From Dehalococcoidia bacterium (GTDB lineage Bacteria > Chloroflexota > Dehalococcoidia > Lucifugimonadales > Lucifugimonadaceae), in the NCBI GenBank assembly GCA_012959765.1, contig DUCO01000049.1, forward strand, positions 94,949 to 158,948: a stretch of 64,000 nucleotides of DNA, given 5' to 3'. Below, in pieces: positions 46,170 through 55,854 of the stretch; position 1 is the first letter of the stretch; every line of letters starts with the position of its first letter. A program made the position numbers and the translations under genes. Below the pieces are notes generated by a model, which ran no database searches, was not told where the DNA came from, and saw only the letters and a list, made by a program, of their open reading frames with translations.

Positions 46170-46562
46170 CCGTCACGGCACGACTGAGCTAAGTCTTCGA
46201 AAATCCGCGTTTGATGGAGCATTTGTGCTGCTTCAACAAACGCCTTGTCGCGCGCTGAAATACAACCGGTAACCTCACGTTGAAAACTCATGAGCCACCT
46301 TCCCACTAAATAACCTGCAGGGAAAGATCGTCACCTGTGTTTCACCGAAGCTTCGACTTAACGGCAGTTCGGCCAACCAACCATCGAATGACACTGGCGA
46401 CGTGCCGTTAAAATGGGGGGGGCATGCCAGTCGAAAGAATCCGCCATCGCCGCAGTTCGCTGTCGCAACTAGTGCCGCATCCCATGAGCTCTGTACGCGA
46501 TACTTCGTGCATCGATCGCCTAAGACACAGCAATTCGGCTTTGCCGATTCACGGAGCAGTAA

Positions 46563-47078
46563 TTGACTCGAGTTCTCGTCGCATATGCCACCCGCTTCGG
46601 ATCCACTCGTGAAATAGCTTCGGCAATAGTTCACGAACTCAACGCTTCAGATGGCATCGATGCGCAATCCGCCGAAGCCAGCGGGTCATTAGACCCCGAT
46701 CAGTTCGATGCCTTCGTAATCGGCTCACCTCTGTACGGTGGTAAGTGGATTTCAAGCGCTGGAATGTTCGCCGCAATAATGTCGGAACGGATGAACGGCA
46801 AGCCGGTTGCGTTGTTCTCGATCGGCACGACCGGGGTGATGAAACCTGAAGCCGGTGATGCCGAGCACAAAGCGTTTATCGAGAGTCTTTCCGAGGTTGC
46901 ACCAAGTTTGAATGTTGTTGAAGACGCCGCGTTCAACGGTTACTTCGAGCGCGCCAACCTGCCGTGGTACCTGAGAATCATCGATCGCTTTGCGCCAACG
47001 CCGCAGGGCGACCACCGCGACTGGCAGGCGATACAGACCTGGACGAAATCGCTGGTGCCGAAGCTTTCGGGTGAGTAA
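46563..47078 (+). CDS. flavodoxin-like protein
   Basis: TTG start behind GGAG. MTRVLVAYATRFGSTREIA.. is a flavodoxin N-terminal FMN loop. Confidence 0.7.
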   Translation: MTRVLVAYATRFGSTREIASAIVHELNASDGIDAQSAEASGSLDPDQFDAFVIGSPLYGGKWISSAGMFAAIMSERMNGKPVALFSIGTTGVMKPEAGDAEHKAFIESLSEVAPSLNVVEDAAFNGYFERANLPWYLRIIDRFAPTPQGDHRDWQAIQTWTKSLVPKLSGE

Positions 47079-47091
47079 ATTTAATCAACAC

Positions 47092-47922
47092 ATGTTTATC
47101 GACACCCACGCACATATCCACCAGCACGATCCTGACGAAATCTCAGACATCATCGACCGTGCGATCACGGCGAATGTCGGGGCGATCATCACAGCCGGAA
47201 CTACCGTTGAGGACTCGCAAAAAGCAATCGAACTCGCCCAAACGCACGCCAGCGTGTTTGCCGGGGTCGGAGTGCATCCAACCGACCTAACCCATTCCCT
47301 TACTTCAGGAGACCTCGCGAACCTCAGCAAATTCGCAGAGTCGCCCGAAGTCATCGTGATGAGCGAGATTGGTATAGATCACCAGAACAGATCGCCGGAT
47401 TTCGATTGGCAGGCCGAGTCGTTTCACGCCCAGATCGAAGTCGCCAGATCACACTCCCTTCCCATCGTGTTCCACATCCGAGAGCAGGGTGACGACTACG
47501 ACGCCCATTCTGCCCGTGATGCCACTATTTCAATCCTGAAGGAAACCAACGCTGGTGAACTGGGCGGAACTGCGCACTACTTTCAGGGCAGATGGGACTT
47601 CGCAAGCCAGCTTCTTGATCTTGGATTTCACATTTCATTTGCGAAAACCCTCACACGAATCACCGATCTGGAAGAGACCGCAAGAAAAATACCCGACAAC
47701 CGGATTCTGCTCGAAACAGACGCCTATCCACAGACCTTCAAGAAGAATCGTGCAAAGTGGACTGAGCCCAGGGACATACCGGTAGTCGCTGAAAAACTGT
47801 CGGCTTTACGAGGGAGTTCAGTTGGCGACATTCAGAATCTGGCAACATCAAACACACTCAGCATGCTCGGTCGCCGGAGTGAAATCGTAAGTGCAGTTCT
47901 CGATTCCCTGGCAACTCGGTGA
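47092..47922 (+). CDS. tatD: TatD-family metal-dependent hydrolase
   Basis: Start at ATG 47092 (MFIDTHAHI). It also has GVGVHP, SEIGIDH, PIVFHIRE and LETDAYP. Confidence 0.85.
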   Translation: MFIDTHAHIHQHDPDEISDIIDRAITANVGAIITAGTTVEDSQKAIELAQTHASVFAGVGVHPTDLTHSLTSGDLANLSKFAESPEVIVMSEIGIDHQNRSPDFDWQAESFHAQIEVARSHSLPIVFHIREQGDDYDAHSARDATISILKETNAGELGGTAHYFQGRWDFASQLLDLGFHISFAKTLTRITDLEETARKIPDNRILLETDAYPQTFKKNRAKWTEPRDIPVVAEKLSALRGSSVGDIQNLATSNTLSMLGRRSEIVSAVLDSLATR

Positions 47923-47977
47923 CCGCACGCAAGTGATTCCGCTATAAAATTCTTTGCTGCGCGTCGTTACGCACAGG

Positions 47978-48000
47978 CTGTAGCTCGTCACGAGCTACAG
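47978..48000 (+). other. perfect 10-bp stem hairpin (no U-tract)
   Basis: CTGTAGCTCG-tca-CGAGCTACAG lies between tatD and the DUF1802 gene. Confidence 0.5.
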
Positions 48001-48027
48001 CCTAGTTAAGCAGCCAGGATACGTTTA

Positions 48028-48615
48028 TTGCTTCATAAATCATCGAACATAGGTCTAAAAGAGTGGGCGGTTACGTCCGGCGCACTCGGTCGTGGCCACC
48101 AGATTTTCATGCTGCGAAAAGGCGGTATCCGAGAAGATGGACGCCACTTCAAGATCGAGCATGAACAGTTTCTGCTCTACCCGGGCTTATTCCACGAAGG
48201 CGAACTTCTTCTGAAGTCCGATTATCGAGGGCTACTCGATGAAACAGCGAACGCCGATTTCACCAAAGAAATCTCGTTCACTGTTTACTGCGAACTCGTC
48301 GAAACTATCGAAATCTCTGAAGAAAACCAGGTACGAGCGCTCGATGCGTTCCACATCTGGTCAAAAGAATTTCCGGTAAAACGATTTAGCTGGAAGCCTC
48401 GCCACCCACTCAAACTGATGATTGTTCGAGCATACCGACTCGACAAGCCAGTAACCGTGGCCGTTACCGATGGCTACGCCGGGTGCAAATCCTGGGTCGA
48501 TCTGAGCGACGAAATAGATATCACCAATTTAACTCCAGCCCTAACCGATGCCGAGTTTGACGACCATGTATCGAAAATCCACCAGGCGCTGGCCACAACG
48601 CCAGTGAACGCATAA
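48028..48615 (+). CDS. DUF1802-family protein
   Basis: ..LKEWAVTSGALGRGHQIFMLRKGGIRE..FLLYP.. pattern. Confidence 0.6.
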   Translation: MLHKSSNIGLKEWAVTSGALGRGHQIFMLRKGGIREDGRHFKIEHEQFLLYPGLFHEGELLLKSDYRGLLDETANADFTKEISFTVYCELVETIEISEENQVRALDAFHIWSKEFPVKRFSWKPRHPLKLMIVRAYRLDKPVTVAVTDGYAGCKSWVDLSDEIDITNLTPALTDAEFDDHVSKIHQALATTPVNA

Positions 48616-48658
48616 TTTAGTCTGAACCACCCTTCAGTAATCATTCAGGAACAGCACG

Positions 48659-49732
48659 TTGAAATACCGCCAGCTACAGTCGACCGATCTCACCGTTTCA
48701 GAAATTGGATTCGGTGTTTGGAGCGTGAGCATGAACTGGTGGGGCGAGGTCAATGAGGCCGATGGCATCAAACTGCTTCATAAAGCCGCCGATAAAGGAA
48801 TCACGTTCTTCGACACCGCCGACACTTACGGTGCTGGCTACGGTGAGGAGATCATGCCAAAGGCACTGGGCGACCGACGCAAAGACATCGTGATCGGCAC
48901 CAAGTTTGGTTATGACATCGAAACCCCTCGTGAAGGTCACAAAGAGCGCCCTCAGGTTTGGGAACCTGAGTTCGTCAAGCGTGCCTGTGAGAACAGCCTG
49001 AAGCGTTTACAGACCGACTACATCGATCTCTACCAGTACCATAACCCTCGCCTCGACGCGATCCAGCGGGAGGACACTCTTGGTGCGCTGGAAGAACTCA
49101 AAGCCGAAGGCAAGATTCGGCACTACGCAGTAGCTGTCGGACCCGACATCGGCTGGCTCGAAGAAGGTCTTTACACGATCAAGGAACGCAAAATTCCTGC
49201 CGAAGTAATCTACTCAATTCTCGAGCAGGATCCTGCCGATGTAATGATCGAAGCGGCTGAAGAAGCAGGGGTCGGAGTGTACTCACGTGTACCGCACGCA
49301 TCGGGGATGCTCGACGGCAAGTACACCAAGGACACCGTGCTCGACGAGAGCCCGTTCGACGCTTCAGATCACCGCGCGTACCGACGCATGCACTGGCTGA
49401 AGAATTCGATCAAGAAGCTGCAGCAGATCGATTACATGTTCGCCGGTAAGCCCGCGACTGTTGGCCAGATTGCGATCAAGTTCGCGCTGATGCCTCAGGT
49501 CATGGCTTCATGCCTACCGACGATGACATCTGAAGAGCAGATCGACGAGTATGCCGCTGCCTGCGACATTGACGACATTCCGATGGATGAACTCGAACGG
49601 CTAGCACCGATTTACGCTGATAACTTTGGTGTTGGCGACCCCGATCCGCAGAAGTCGAGCACTTCGGGCACAGGATGGGTCGACCACAACGGCGCTCCAT
49701 TCGAACGCAAGCTAATGGTCCCCGGCGAGTAG
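48659..49732 (+). CDS. aldo/keto reductase
   Basis: MKYRQL..., ..FFDTADTYG.G..E.., ..IDLYQYH.., and a C-terminal extension. Confidence 0.85.
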   Translation: MKYRQLQSTDLTVSEIGFGVWSVSMNWWGEVNEADGIKLLHKAADKGITFFDTADTYGAGYGEEIMPKALGDRRKDIVIGTKFGYDIETPREGHKERPQVWEPEFVKRACENSLKRLQTDYIDLYQYHNPRLDAIQREDTLGALEELKAEGKIRHYAVAVGPDIGWLEEGLYTIKERKIPAEVIYSILEQDPADVMIEAAEEAGVGVYSRVPHASGMLDGKYTKDTVLDESPFDASDHRAYRRMHWLKNSIKKLQQIDYMFAGKPATVGQIAIKFALMPQVMASCLPTMTSEEQIDEYAAACDIDDIPMDELERLAPIYADNFGVGDPDPQKSSTSGTGWVDHNGAPFERKLMVPGE

Positions 49733-49741
49733 GGTTTTTGA

Positions 49742-49770
49742 GATACGGAAAGGCTGCAAATTTCCGTATC
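49742..49770 (+). terminator. 10-bp perfect hairpin after the AKR gene (abuts REP copy F)
   Basis: GATACGGAAA-ggctgcaaa-TTTCCGTATC. The loop carries the GCTGCAA motif also seen next to copies at 12042 and 12121. Confidence 0.45.
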
Positions 49771-49806
49771 CCCTTCTCCCTGAGGGAGAAGGTTAGGTTG
49801 AGTGGG
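49770..49806 (+). repeat. REP-like hairpin repeat, copy F (variant)
   Basis: CCCCTTCTCCCTGAGGGAGAAGGTTAGGTTGAGTGGG. Confidence 0.7.
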
Positions 49807-49857
49807 CACACCAACGTTGTTTCAAATACAACTGTTAACCCCAGCCCAACACCCGCG

Positions 49858-49895
49858 TTCCCCCTCACCTAAATCCTCTCCCTAATGGAGAGGAC
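49858..49895 (-). repeat. REP-like hairpin repeat, copy G (variant, inverted)
   Basis: TTCCCCCTCACCTAAATCCTCTCCCTAATGGAGAGGAC forms an inverted pair with copy F. Confidence 0.65.
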
Positions 49896-49985
49896 TTTAA
49901 GAAGTGGAAACCTTCATTCCCTTTGTCCCGTGTTCCTTCGATCTCAGGAGAAAGTACAGGAACAGATCATCGCCCGAATCCCACC

Positions 49986-50609
49986 CTAACGGTGCCGCTT
50001 GTTACGCCTGCGATGCGAGCTTTTTCGGCTCTTGCTGCTAACCAGGAATCGTCGCTTTGAGCGATGCTTCTCGACAGCCATCTCGAACGCCGATGGCACG
50101 GAACCGTTCGCCACGGCAACGACTTCCTTCTGCTCGCGAGCGGGCTTTGGCGGCAGCGGTGCATCACCGTTTACTCGTCGCAGTTCGCCTTCGACAAAAT
50201 TGAAATCGCGCTGCGGAATGATGTGCAGCATGCCAAAAAATGCCAGCGGCCAGAGATCGGGCGACCACTTCTTCACATACTCGAGGGTCGGCCCTACCTG
50301 GTACCCATCGACGTAGTCGGCTTCTTCGAGCACAACATCGGGGTCGATCTCTACACGATGTGGGAACGTTTCCTTCTCGCGGTGATGCTTCCAGATCGGT
50401 TCGTGATCTTCGAAGCTTTCCGAAGTAACCGTGGCTGTGGCTGCGAATCCCTTTTTATCGGAAACGTAGTACAAAACCCGATCTTCAGGCCCCATCCGAA
50501 CGGCCTTTTTACGGTTTTTAGTGTCGATGCCCTGCAACGAGAAACCACGAGCGCGGGTGATGTCCAGATTCTCCTGGTTCGTCACTAGCATCCAGTAGGT
50601 TTTGCCCAA
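49986..50609 (-). CDS. EVE/PUA-like domain protein with highly basic C-terminal tail
   Basis: YWMLVTNQENL...GPEDRVLYYVSDKKGFAATATV.. is an EVE-like pattern. The tail is KHRSKRRFLVSSKSRKSSHRRRNKRHR. Confidence 0.45.
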   Translation of the reverse strand: MGKTYWMLVTNQENLDITRARGFSLQGIDTKNRKKAVRMGPEDRVLYYVSDKKGFAATATVTSESFEDHEPIWKHHREKETFPHRVEIDPDVVLEEADYVDGYQVGPTLEYVKKWSPDLWPLAFFGMLHIIPQRDFNFVEGELRRVNGDAPLPPKPAREQKEVVAVANGSVPSAFEMAVEKHRSKRRFLVSSKSRKSSHRRRNKRHR

Positions 50610-50760
50610 TTTATCGGCTCATTCCCGATCATTTCCAACACCGTTAACGCCACCAATGATATTTGAGTTGACAGTAGTCGTGTGCAGATTTCGATAAACT
50701 GTGGGCCACAGCAACGCTGCATTTCAAACTTCTATACACCCGATTCTTTGTGAAACCCAG

Positions 50761-51246
50761 ATGAACACCGATATTGAGACAACCGTAACTTCCTTCTTGG
50801 ACTCGACCGCCATTCCCTACGAAGTGGTCGAAATCGATCCTGATTTCGCTGATACAGCGGCGTTCTGCGAGAAGTACGACTTCCCGATGGAAAAGTCGGC
50901 AAACACGATAATCGTGGCATCGAAGAAGAAGCCCAAAACCTTCACTGCGTCGGTGGTGAGAGCTACCCACAGGGTCGACGTGAACCACGTGATCAAGCCC
51001 ATGATGGACGTCGGGAAAGTATCGTTTGCGAGAGCAGAAGAGACTGCCGAGTTGACCGGCATGATGATCGGCGGCGTTACCGCGCTGGCTCTACCGCCCG
51101 AGCTACCGATTTACGTTGACCCGGGCTTGATGAACTTCGACTACATCATTCTTGGTGGTGGGAGTCGCTCGACCAAGATCAAGATTTCGCCTCAGATATT
51201 CGACCACGTCCCGAACGCACAGGTAGTTGAGGGTTTGACTGGGTAG
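50761..51246 (+). CDS. YbaK/aminoacyl-tRNA deacylase (editing domain) family protein
   Basis: Start at ATG 50761. It carries ..KSANTIIVASKKKPK.., ..MIGGVTALALPPELPIYVD.. and ..IILGGGSRSTKI.. Confidence 0.7.
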   Translation: MNTDIETTVTSFLDSTAIPYEVVEIDPDFADTAAFCEKYDFPMEKSANTIIVASKKKPKTFTASVVRATHRVDVNHVIKPMMDVGKVSFARAEETAELTGMMIGGVTALALPPELPIYVDPGLMNFDYIILGGGSRSTKIKISPQIFDHVPNAQVVEGLTG

Positions 51247-51250
51247 CAGT

Positions 51251-52389
51251 CTAAAGCCGTTCCGGCTCGCCACTTGCGGCCGAACGATACGCCGCTGAGA
51301 TCACTTTCGAAGGCCCGAGCGCTCGTGCTGCGTCCATCACTGGCGCGCTGCCCTGCTCCAGACAATCCAGAAACGCCGTGATGTCATCGACATACCAGCG
51401 AGTTTCGTCAGCCAACGGAACATAAGTAGTCTTGCGGGGCAGCCCTGCAGCCTGCTGAGTCGAACGCCACATGCCCATCGGATCCTGCGGATGCGGAGGT
51501 GGCAGCTTTGGCGGCTCGGCTGTCGAGTAGATTTCGAGTCTCGGCTCCCACGCATCGAACCTCTCAGTACCAAGCTCGCCAACTATCGTGATCCGGTGCG
51601 GACCTCCCGCCGGATGACTGTTCCACCCAATGCGGCCACCAGTTGCGGTGGCAACAACACCGCCGGAGAACTCCATCATCACCGCGCCAAAATCCTCGGT
51701 GTCGTTTTGAACATGCTGCTCGAAAAAGTAGTTGCCGGTTCTGCTGAAACCGTTTGCGGCTCGGCGTCGGCCAGCCAGAGACACAAACCGATCGTGTAAA
51801 CGCCAAGATCAAAAAACTCCCGCTTCGATTCGACAAACGTGAACTTTGCAGGCTCGGCTGTTTCTCGTCTTGGGGTGTTCGCAGCCGCAGTTCCACCCGG
51901 CCCTTTGGCGAACAGAATGTCGGTATGGACCGCGAGCAATTTGCCCAGTCGGCCCGACTCAACACACTCTTTTGCCGCTTTTGCCCAAGGCGTGTGCACG
52001 AACGAGTACATCTGCGAAGTGACGTTTGATTTAGATATCGCCGACAAAACTTCGCCCGCTCGCTCGGCACTGGCAGCAAGCGGTTTGTCGAGGTACAGAA
52101 TCTTGCCGGCTTCAGCGCACGCCACTGCCATCCGGTGGCGACGCTCAACGTCGGCGCACATGCTCACAACGTCTACCTCAGGCAACGCCAGAGCCTTCTC
52201 GATTCCTTCAATATACGGCACGCCGTACTGTTCAGCCAGGCCAATGTTTAACGCCCGACGTCGATCATCGATATCGACTTCATCGGCTATGGCAACGATG
52301 TGAGATCGTTCGTCAGCGTCGAAGCCTGAAGCGTGATTTTCTTGATGAGTCTGCAGTCCGCCGATGCAGAGAACCCCGAGCGACCTCAT
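51251..52389 (-). pseudogene. Gfo/Idh/MocA-family oxidoreductase, frameshifted
   Basis: The N-part ORF 51679-52389 and the C-part ORF 51251-51784 are in different frames. Homology-consistent sequences join around 51735-51755 (..LWLADAEPQTVSA / TGNYFFEQH..). Confidence 0.7.
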
Positions 52390-52814
52390 CGGTCGCCCAC
52401 TTTAGAAACAGTTGCCGCGCCGCCGAGTGTTCCATCGAAATAAACTGCACCAGATGACCCAAGCAGCATGATTTCGGGTCCAGTCCCAGATTCGGATTCG
52501 CTTCCGGCAGGGTCAACAGAAATCAACGCGCTGGAGCCTGTAGGCCAAACAGCGTGAATAGCCGCATGAAGAAATTCGTCTCCCGTCCGATGTTCACGGC
52601 TGGGTTCCGAGCCAAACACTCGATTGCATGCTTCCAGCCCGGCAGCGAGTGAATCTTCGATCGAACCATCGGAGCCGACCCGATCAAGCCAACGCACAAA
52701 GCGGGGAAGCCCAACGCCCCCATCGACCACGGCACCGGTCAGTGCGTCAGTAAGTCGGGCAGTGTAGGCAGAGGTCTGCGGGATTTCAGGCATGGCGAAA
52801 TGATAACGCCACAC
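52386..52814 (-). CDS. hypothetical protein
   Basis: 142-aa ORF between pstA and the Gfo gene. Its stop overlaps the Gfo start (ATGA). I recognised no motif. Confidence 0.35.
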   Translation of the reverse strand: MWRYHFAMPEIPQTSAYTARLTDALTGAVVDGGVGLPRFVRWLDRVGSDGSIEDSLAAGLEACNRVFGSEPSREHRTGDEFLHAAIHAVWPTGSSALISVDPAGSESESGTGPEIMLLGSSGAVYFDGTLGGAATVSKVGDR

Positions 52815-52820
52815 GCCGTT

Positions 52821-53714
52821 CTACTGTTCCGGGCGAACCTGGTACTTGTTGCGAATCCAGATCGCAATGCCGTTCATCGTCAGCAGCAAACCGAGAAGAA
52901 CGATGATCGCTGCAGCCGCAATTCCACGGAACTCTGGGTTCTGGTGACCGATCCAAGTGAAAATCTGGAGTGGCAAAACTGTGAAGCTGGAATCCGGGGT
53001 AGTCGGCACGAAAGTCACGACAACGAGGGACGAAATGATCAGAATCGGAGCCGATTCGCCAATCGCCCTCGACAGCGCCAGGATAATCCCGCTCATCATG
53101 CCCGGCATCGCCTGCGGTAGAACGACCGACTTCACAACCTGCCACCTGTTCGCACCCATGGCATAGGCGGCGTCACGGTAGCTCGCTGGTACGGCCTTGA
53201 TGGCCTCCTGCGAGGCGATCACAACGATTGGCAACACCAATAACGTCATGGTCAGAGCACCGGCTGTGACGTTCCGAGACCCGCCAAACAGGAACTGCAC
53301 GAACATCGCCAGACCCAGCAATCCGTAGATCACACTCGGCACGCCTGCGAGATTGGCGATGTTCAATTCAATCAGGCGATTCAGCCTGTTCTTGGTTGCG
53401 AATTCTTCGAGATAAATAGCTGTGCCAACACCCAGCGGAATGGTGAATAGAGCAGTCAGGCCAGCGATCCACAGCGTGCCGCCAAGTGGTCCAAGAATTC
53501 CCGCCTCAGTCGGCTCATACGACGAGTAGCTGGATATGAAATTCCAGTTCAAATACGGCAATCCGTCGGCCAGAATGTCGATCAGCAAGGCAGCCAGCCC
53601 CAGAATTCCGATCGCCACGGACATCACGAATCCAACAACGAACAAGCGATCTCGCCACACTCGGATGGTGTGCCACGTATTTCGACTACGATTCAACATG
53701 TTCGGCTTGTTCAT
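52821..53714 (-). CDS. pstA: phosphate ABC transporter permease PstA
   Basis: 6-TM permease with an EAA-like loop ..YAMGANRWQVV... Confidence 0.9.
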   Translation of the reverse strand: MNKPNMLNRSRNTWHTIRVWRDRLFVVGFVMSVAIGILGLAALLIDILADGLPYLNWNFISSYSSYEPTEAGILGPLGGTLWIAGLTALFTIPLGVGTAIYLEEFATKNRLNRLIELNIANLAGVPSVIYGLLGLAMFVQFLFGGSRNVTAGALTMTLLVLPIVVIASQEAIKAVPASYRDAAYAMGANRWQVVKSVVLPQAMPGMMSGIILALSRAIGESAPILIISSLVVVTFVPTTPDSSFTVLPLQIFTWIGHQNPEFRGIAAAAIIVLLGLLLTMNGIAIWIRNKYQVRPEQ

Positions 53715-53716
53715 GG

Positions 53717-54667
53717 CTATTCGTATTCCTGCCTGAACCGGGAAATTACCCAGCGACCGATGATGTTCATCAGAAGTGTCATGGTGAACAGCAGCAGGCC
53801 AACTGCGAAGATGGTCTTGTACTCGAACGAGCCCTGTGCAGCCTCACCACCGCTGATCTGCACGATGTAGGCCGTCATCGTCTGAATGCTCTCAAGCGGG
53901 TTCAGGGTCAGGTTTGGCTGGGCGCCGGCGGCGATCTTCACGATCATCGTTTCACCGATGGCGCGTGACATAGCCAGAATGAATGAGGCCACGATTCCCG
54001 ATAGCGCCGCTGGCATGACGACCTTGGTGGCCACTTCGAACCGGGTTGCGCCAAGGGCGTAGGCGGCGTCTCGAAGCGAACGAGGAACGGCGACCATGGC
54101 ATCTTCACTCAGAGTTGAAACCATTGGCATGATCATCAAGCCCATCACGATTCCCGCTGAAAGTGCGTTGAAAATACTTACCTGTTCGGCTCCGAACAAA
54201 GTCTGGAATATCGGGGTCACAAACGTCAGCGCAAAGTAGCCGTAAACAACCGTTGGGATACCTGCCAGCACTTCGAGAATTGGCTTGAGGATTCGTCTGA
54301 GCTTCTCAGGGGCGTACTCGGAAAGGAATATCGCCGCTCCCAATCCCAGAGTAAGTGCAACTATTCCTGCCACCACCGCTACTAGCAGAGTGCCACCCAC
54401 CAGTTCCAGAACACCCGATTTTTCGGGCGAGAGGTGAGGTGCCCACTCAGTGCCAGTTAGGAACTTCCAGATCGAAACCTCTGCGAAGAACCCTGCGCTT
54501 TGAGACACCAGCAGGATAACGACTCCAACAGTCGTGAAAATCGAAATCAGCGCTGCCAGAAACAGCAGCACCGTGACAGCTTTCTGCTCGGTTTTTTGAC
54601 GACGGCGCCTACGGGCGACCCGTTCGATCAAATCCTGATTAGGTTCGAGATTAGTAGTCGTTGACAT
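53717..54667 (-). CDS. pstC: phosphate ABC transporter permease PstC
   Basis: Permease with ..[12 protein letters not shown].. loop, directly upstream of pstA. Confidence 0.9.
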   Translation of the reverse strand: MSTTTNLEPNQDLIERVARRRRRQKTEQKAVTVLLFLAALISIFTTVGVVILLVSQSAGFFAEVSIWKFLTGTEWAPHLSPEKSGVLELVGGTLLVAVVAGIVALTLGLGAAIFLSEYAPEKLRRILKPILEVLAGIPTVVYGYFALTFVTPIFQTLFGAEQVSIFNALSAGIVMGLMIMPMVSTLSEDAMVAVPRSLRDAAYALGATRFEVATKVVMPAALSGIVASFILAMSRAIGETMIVKIAAGAQPNLTLNPLESIQTMTAYIVQISGGEAAQGSFEYKTIFAVGLLLFTMTLLMNIIGRWVISRFRQEYE

Positions 54668-54731
54668 CGTGCTCGATGCGGCCCTTTTCAGGCATCACGG
54701 CGAAGGTCGCCAGAAACATCGCTCAAGGTCG

Positions 54732-54758
54732 AAAATAAAAGTCTCAGCACTAGTGAGA
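54732..54758 (-). terminator. possible attenuating hairpin between pstS and pstC
   Basis: On the minus strand, TCTCA-ctagtgc-TGAGA is followed by CTTTTATTTT. Confidence 0.35.
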
Positions 54759-54866
54759 TCCAGTTGGACTCTAATCTCTAGTTTCTGTGTGAATTGTTAA
54801 CTCACCGTTACAGATTTTGCTGAAAATCCAGTTCAAAGCAGGTAATCGCAACCGAGAAACGTCTGA

Positions 54867-55793
54867 TTAGTCGAGAAGCCCGAGCTGGGTTTCGTATTCG
54901 ACTTCTGGCAGGCCAACGTACCCAACCAATGCAGCCAGTTCGCTCGCATTGTTCAAATAGAACTCGATGAACGACTTCACGTCTGGGCGCTCCAACGATT
55001 CGTTGTTTACGTAGATGAACATCGGCCTCGAAAGCGGACTGTAGCTGCCGTCGTTGATCGATTCAGCGGAAGGGGCAACACATCCGTCTCCATCATCGAC
55101 AGCTATCACGTTTAGTACGTGCCTGTTGAACGTGTAGTAGGCAAACCCAAAGTAGCCCATAGACGCCTGATCGCCCGATACGCCCTGAACCAGAACGTTA
55201 TCGTCGGAAGACGCCGTATAGTCACCTCTACTCAGGTCTTCATCGCCGTTTATCGCATCGGTAAAGTAGTCGAAGGTACCTGAATCTGAATCCGGGCCAT
55301 AAAGCCTGAGAACCCGATCAGGGAAATCGTCACGAATCTGGTTCCAGTTGTTCACTTTAGAATTTGGTTTCCAGATCTTCTTTAGCTCAGCAGCAGTCAG
55401 GCAAGTTGCGAAGTCATTTGAAGAGTGAATAACAACCGATAGACCGTCGTACGCAATGGTGAATTCTGTGAACTCGATCCCGTTTTCTGCCGCCTCAGTT
55501 CGTTCGGAGTCCTTTATCGGGCGGGAAGCGTCGGAAATATCGGTTTCGCCTTTGACGAACCGCTTGAATCCGCCACCGGTACCTGAAATACCCAGTGGAA
55601 TTTGAATTCCAGGGTTTTCTTTCCTGAACTCCTCGGCCACAACCTCGGAAATCGGGAATACGGTTGAAGACCCATCGATAAGAATTTCTCTCGACGCGCC
55701 GCCACCACTACAGCCGATCAACATCAAAACGATCAGCATCATCGGTGCGATGATCAAATATTTTGATTTGTGTCTAGATGCCATTCGAATCAT
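54867..55793 (-). CDS. pstS: phosphate-binding lipoprotein PstS
   Basis: Lipobox LIGCSGG. The block ..[18 protein letters not shown].. is typical of PstS-family binding proteins. Confidence 0.85.
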   Translation of the reverse strand: MIRMASRHKSKYLIIAPMMLIVLMLIGCSGGGASREILIDGSSTVFPISEVVAEEFRKENPGIQIPLGISGTGGGFKRFVKGETDISDASRPIKDSERTEAAENGIEFTEFTIAYDGLSVVIHSSNDFATCLTAAELKKIWKPNSKVNNWNQIRDDFPDRVLRLYGPDSDSGTFDYFTDAINGDEDLSRGDYTASSDDNVLVQGVSGDQASMGYFGFAYYTFNRHVLNVIAVDDGDGCVAPSAESINDGSYSPLSRPMFIYVNNESLERPDVKSFIEFYLNNASELAALVGYVGLPEVEYETQLGLLD

Positions 55794-55854
55794 TCTGATG
55801 TCGCCAGGCGACCGTTATTCTGGGCCCAAGTTCGGTTGTGTTGCAGTTACTTTT

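Noticed and set aside
46166-46291. 41-aa minus-strand ORF (MSFQREVTGCISARDKAFVEAAQMLHQTRIFEDLAQSCRDG) with GGAAGGTGG upstream
   Set aside because: It has a plausible RBS but no recognisable motif. It is very short and overlaps the stop of the convergent DUF4389 gene. The evidence is insufficient.
12050-49895. CRISPR array formed by the GC-rich palindromic repeats
   Set aside because: The copies are dispersed or occur in inverted pairs, in both orientations. They lack regular repeat-spacer periodicity, and no cas genes are present.
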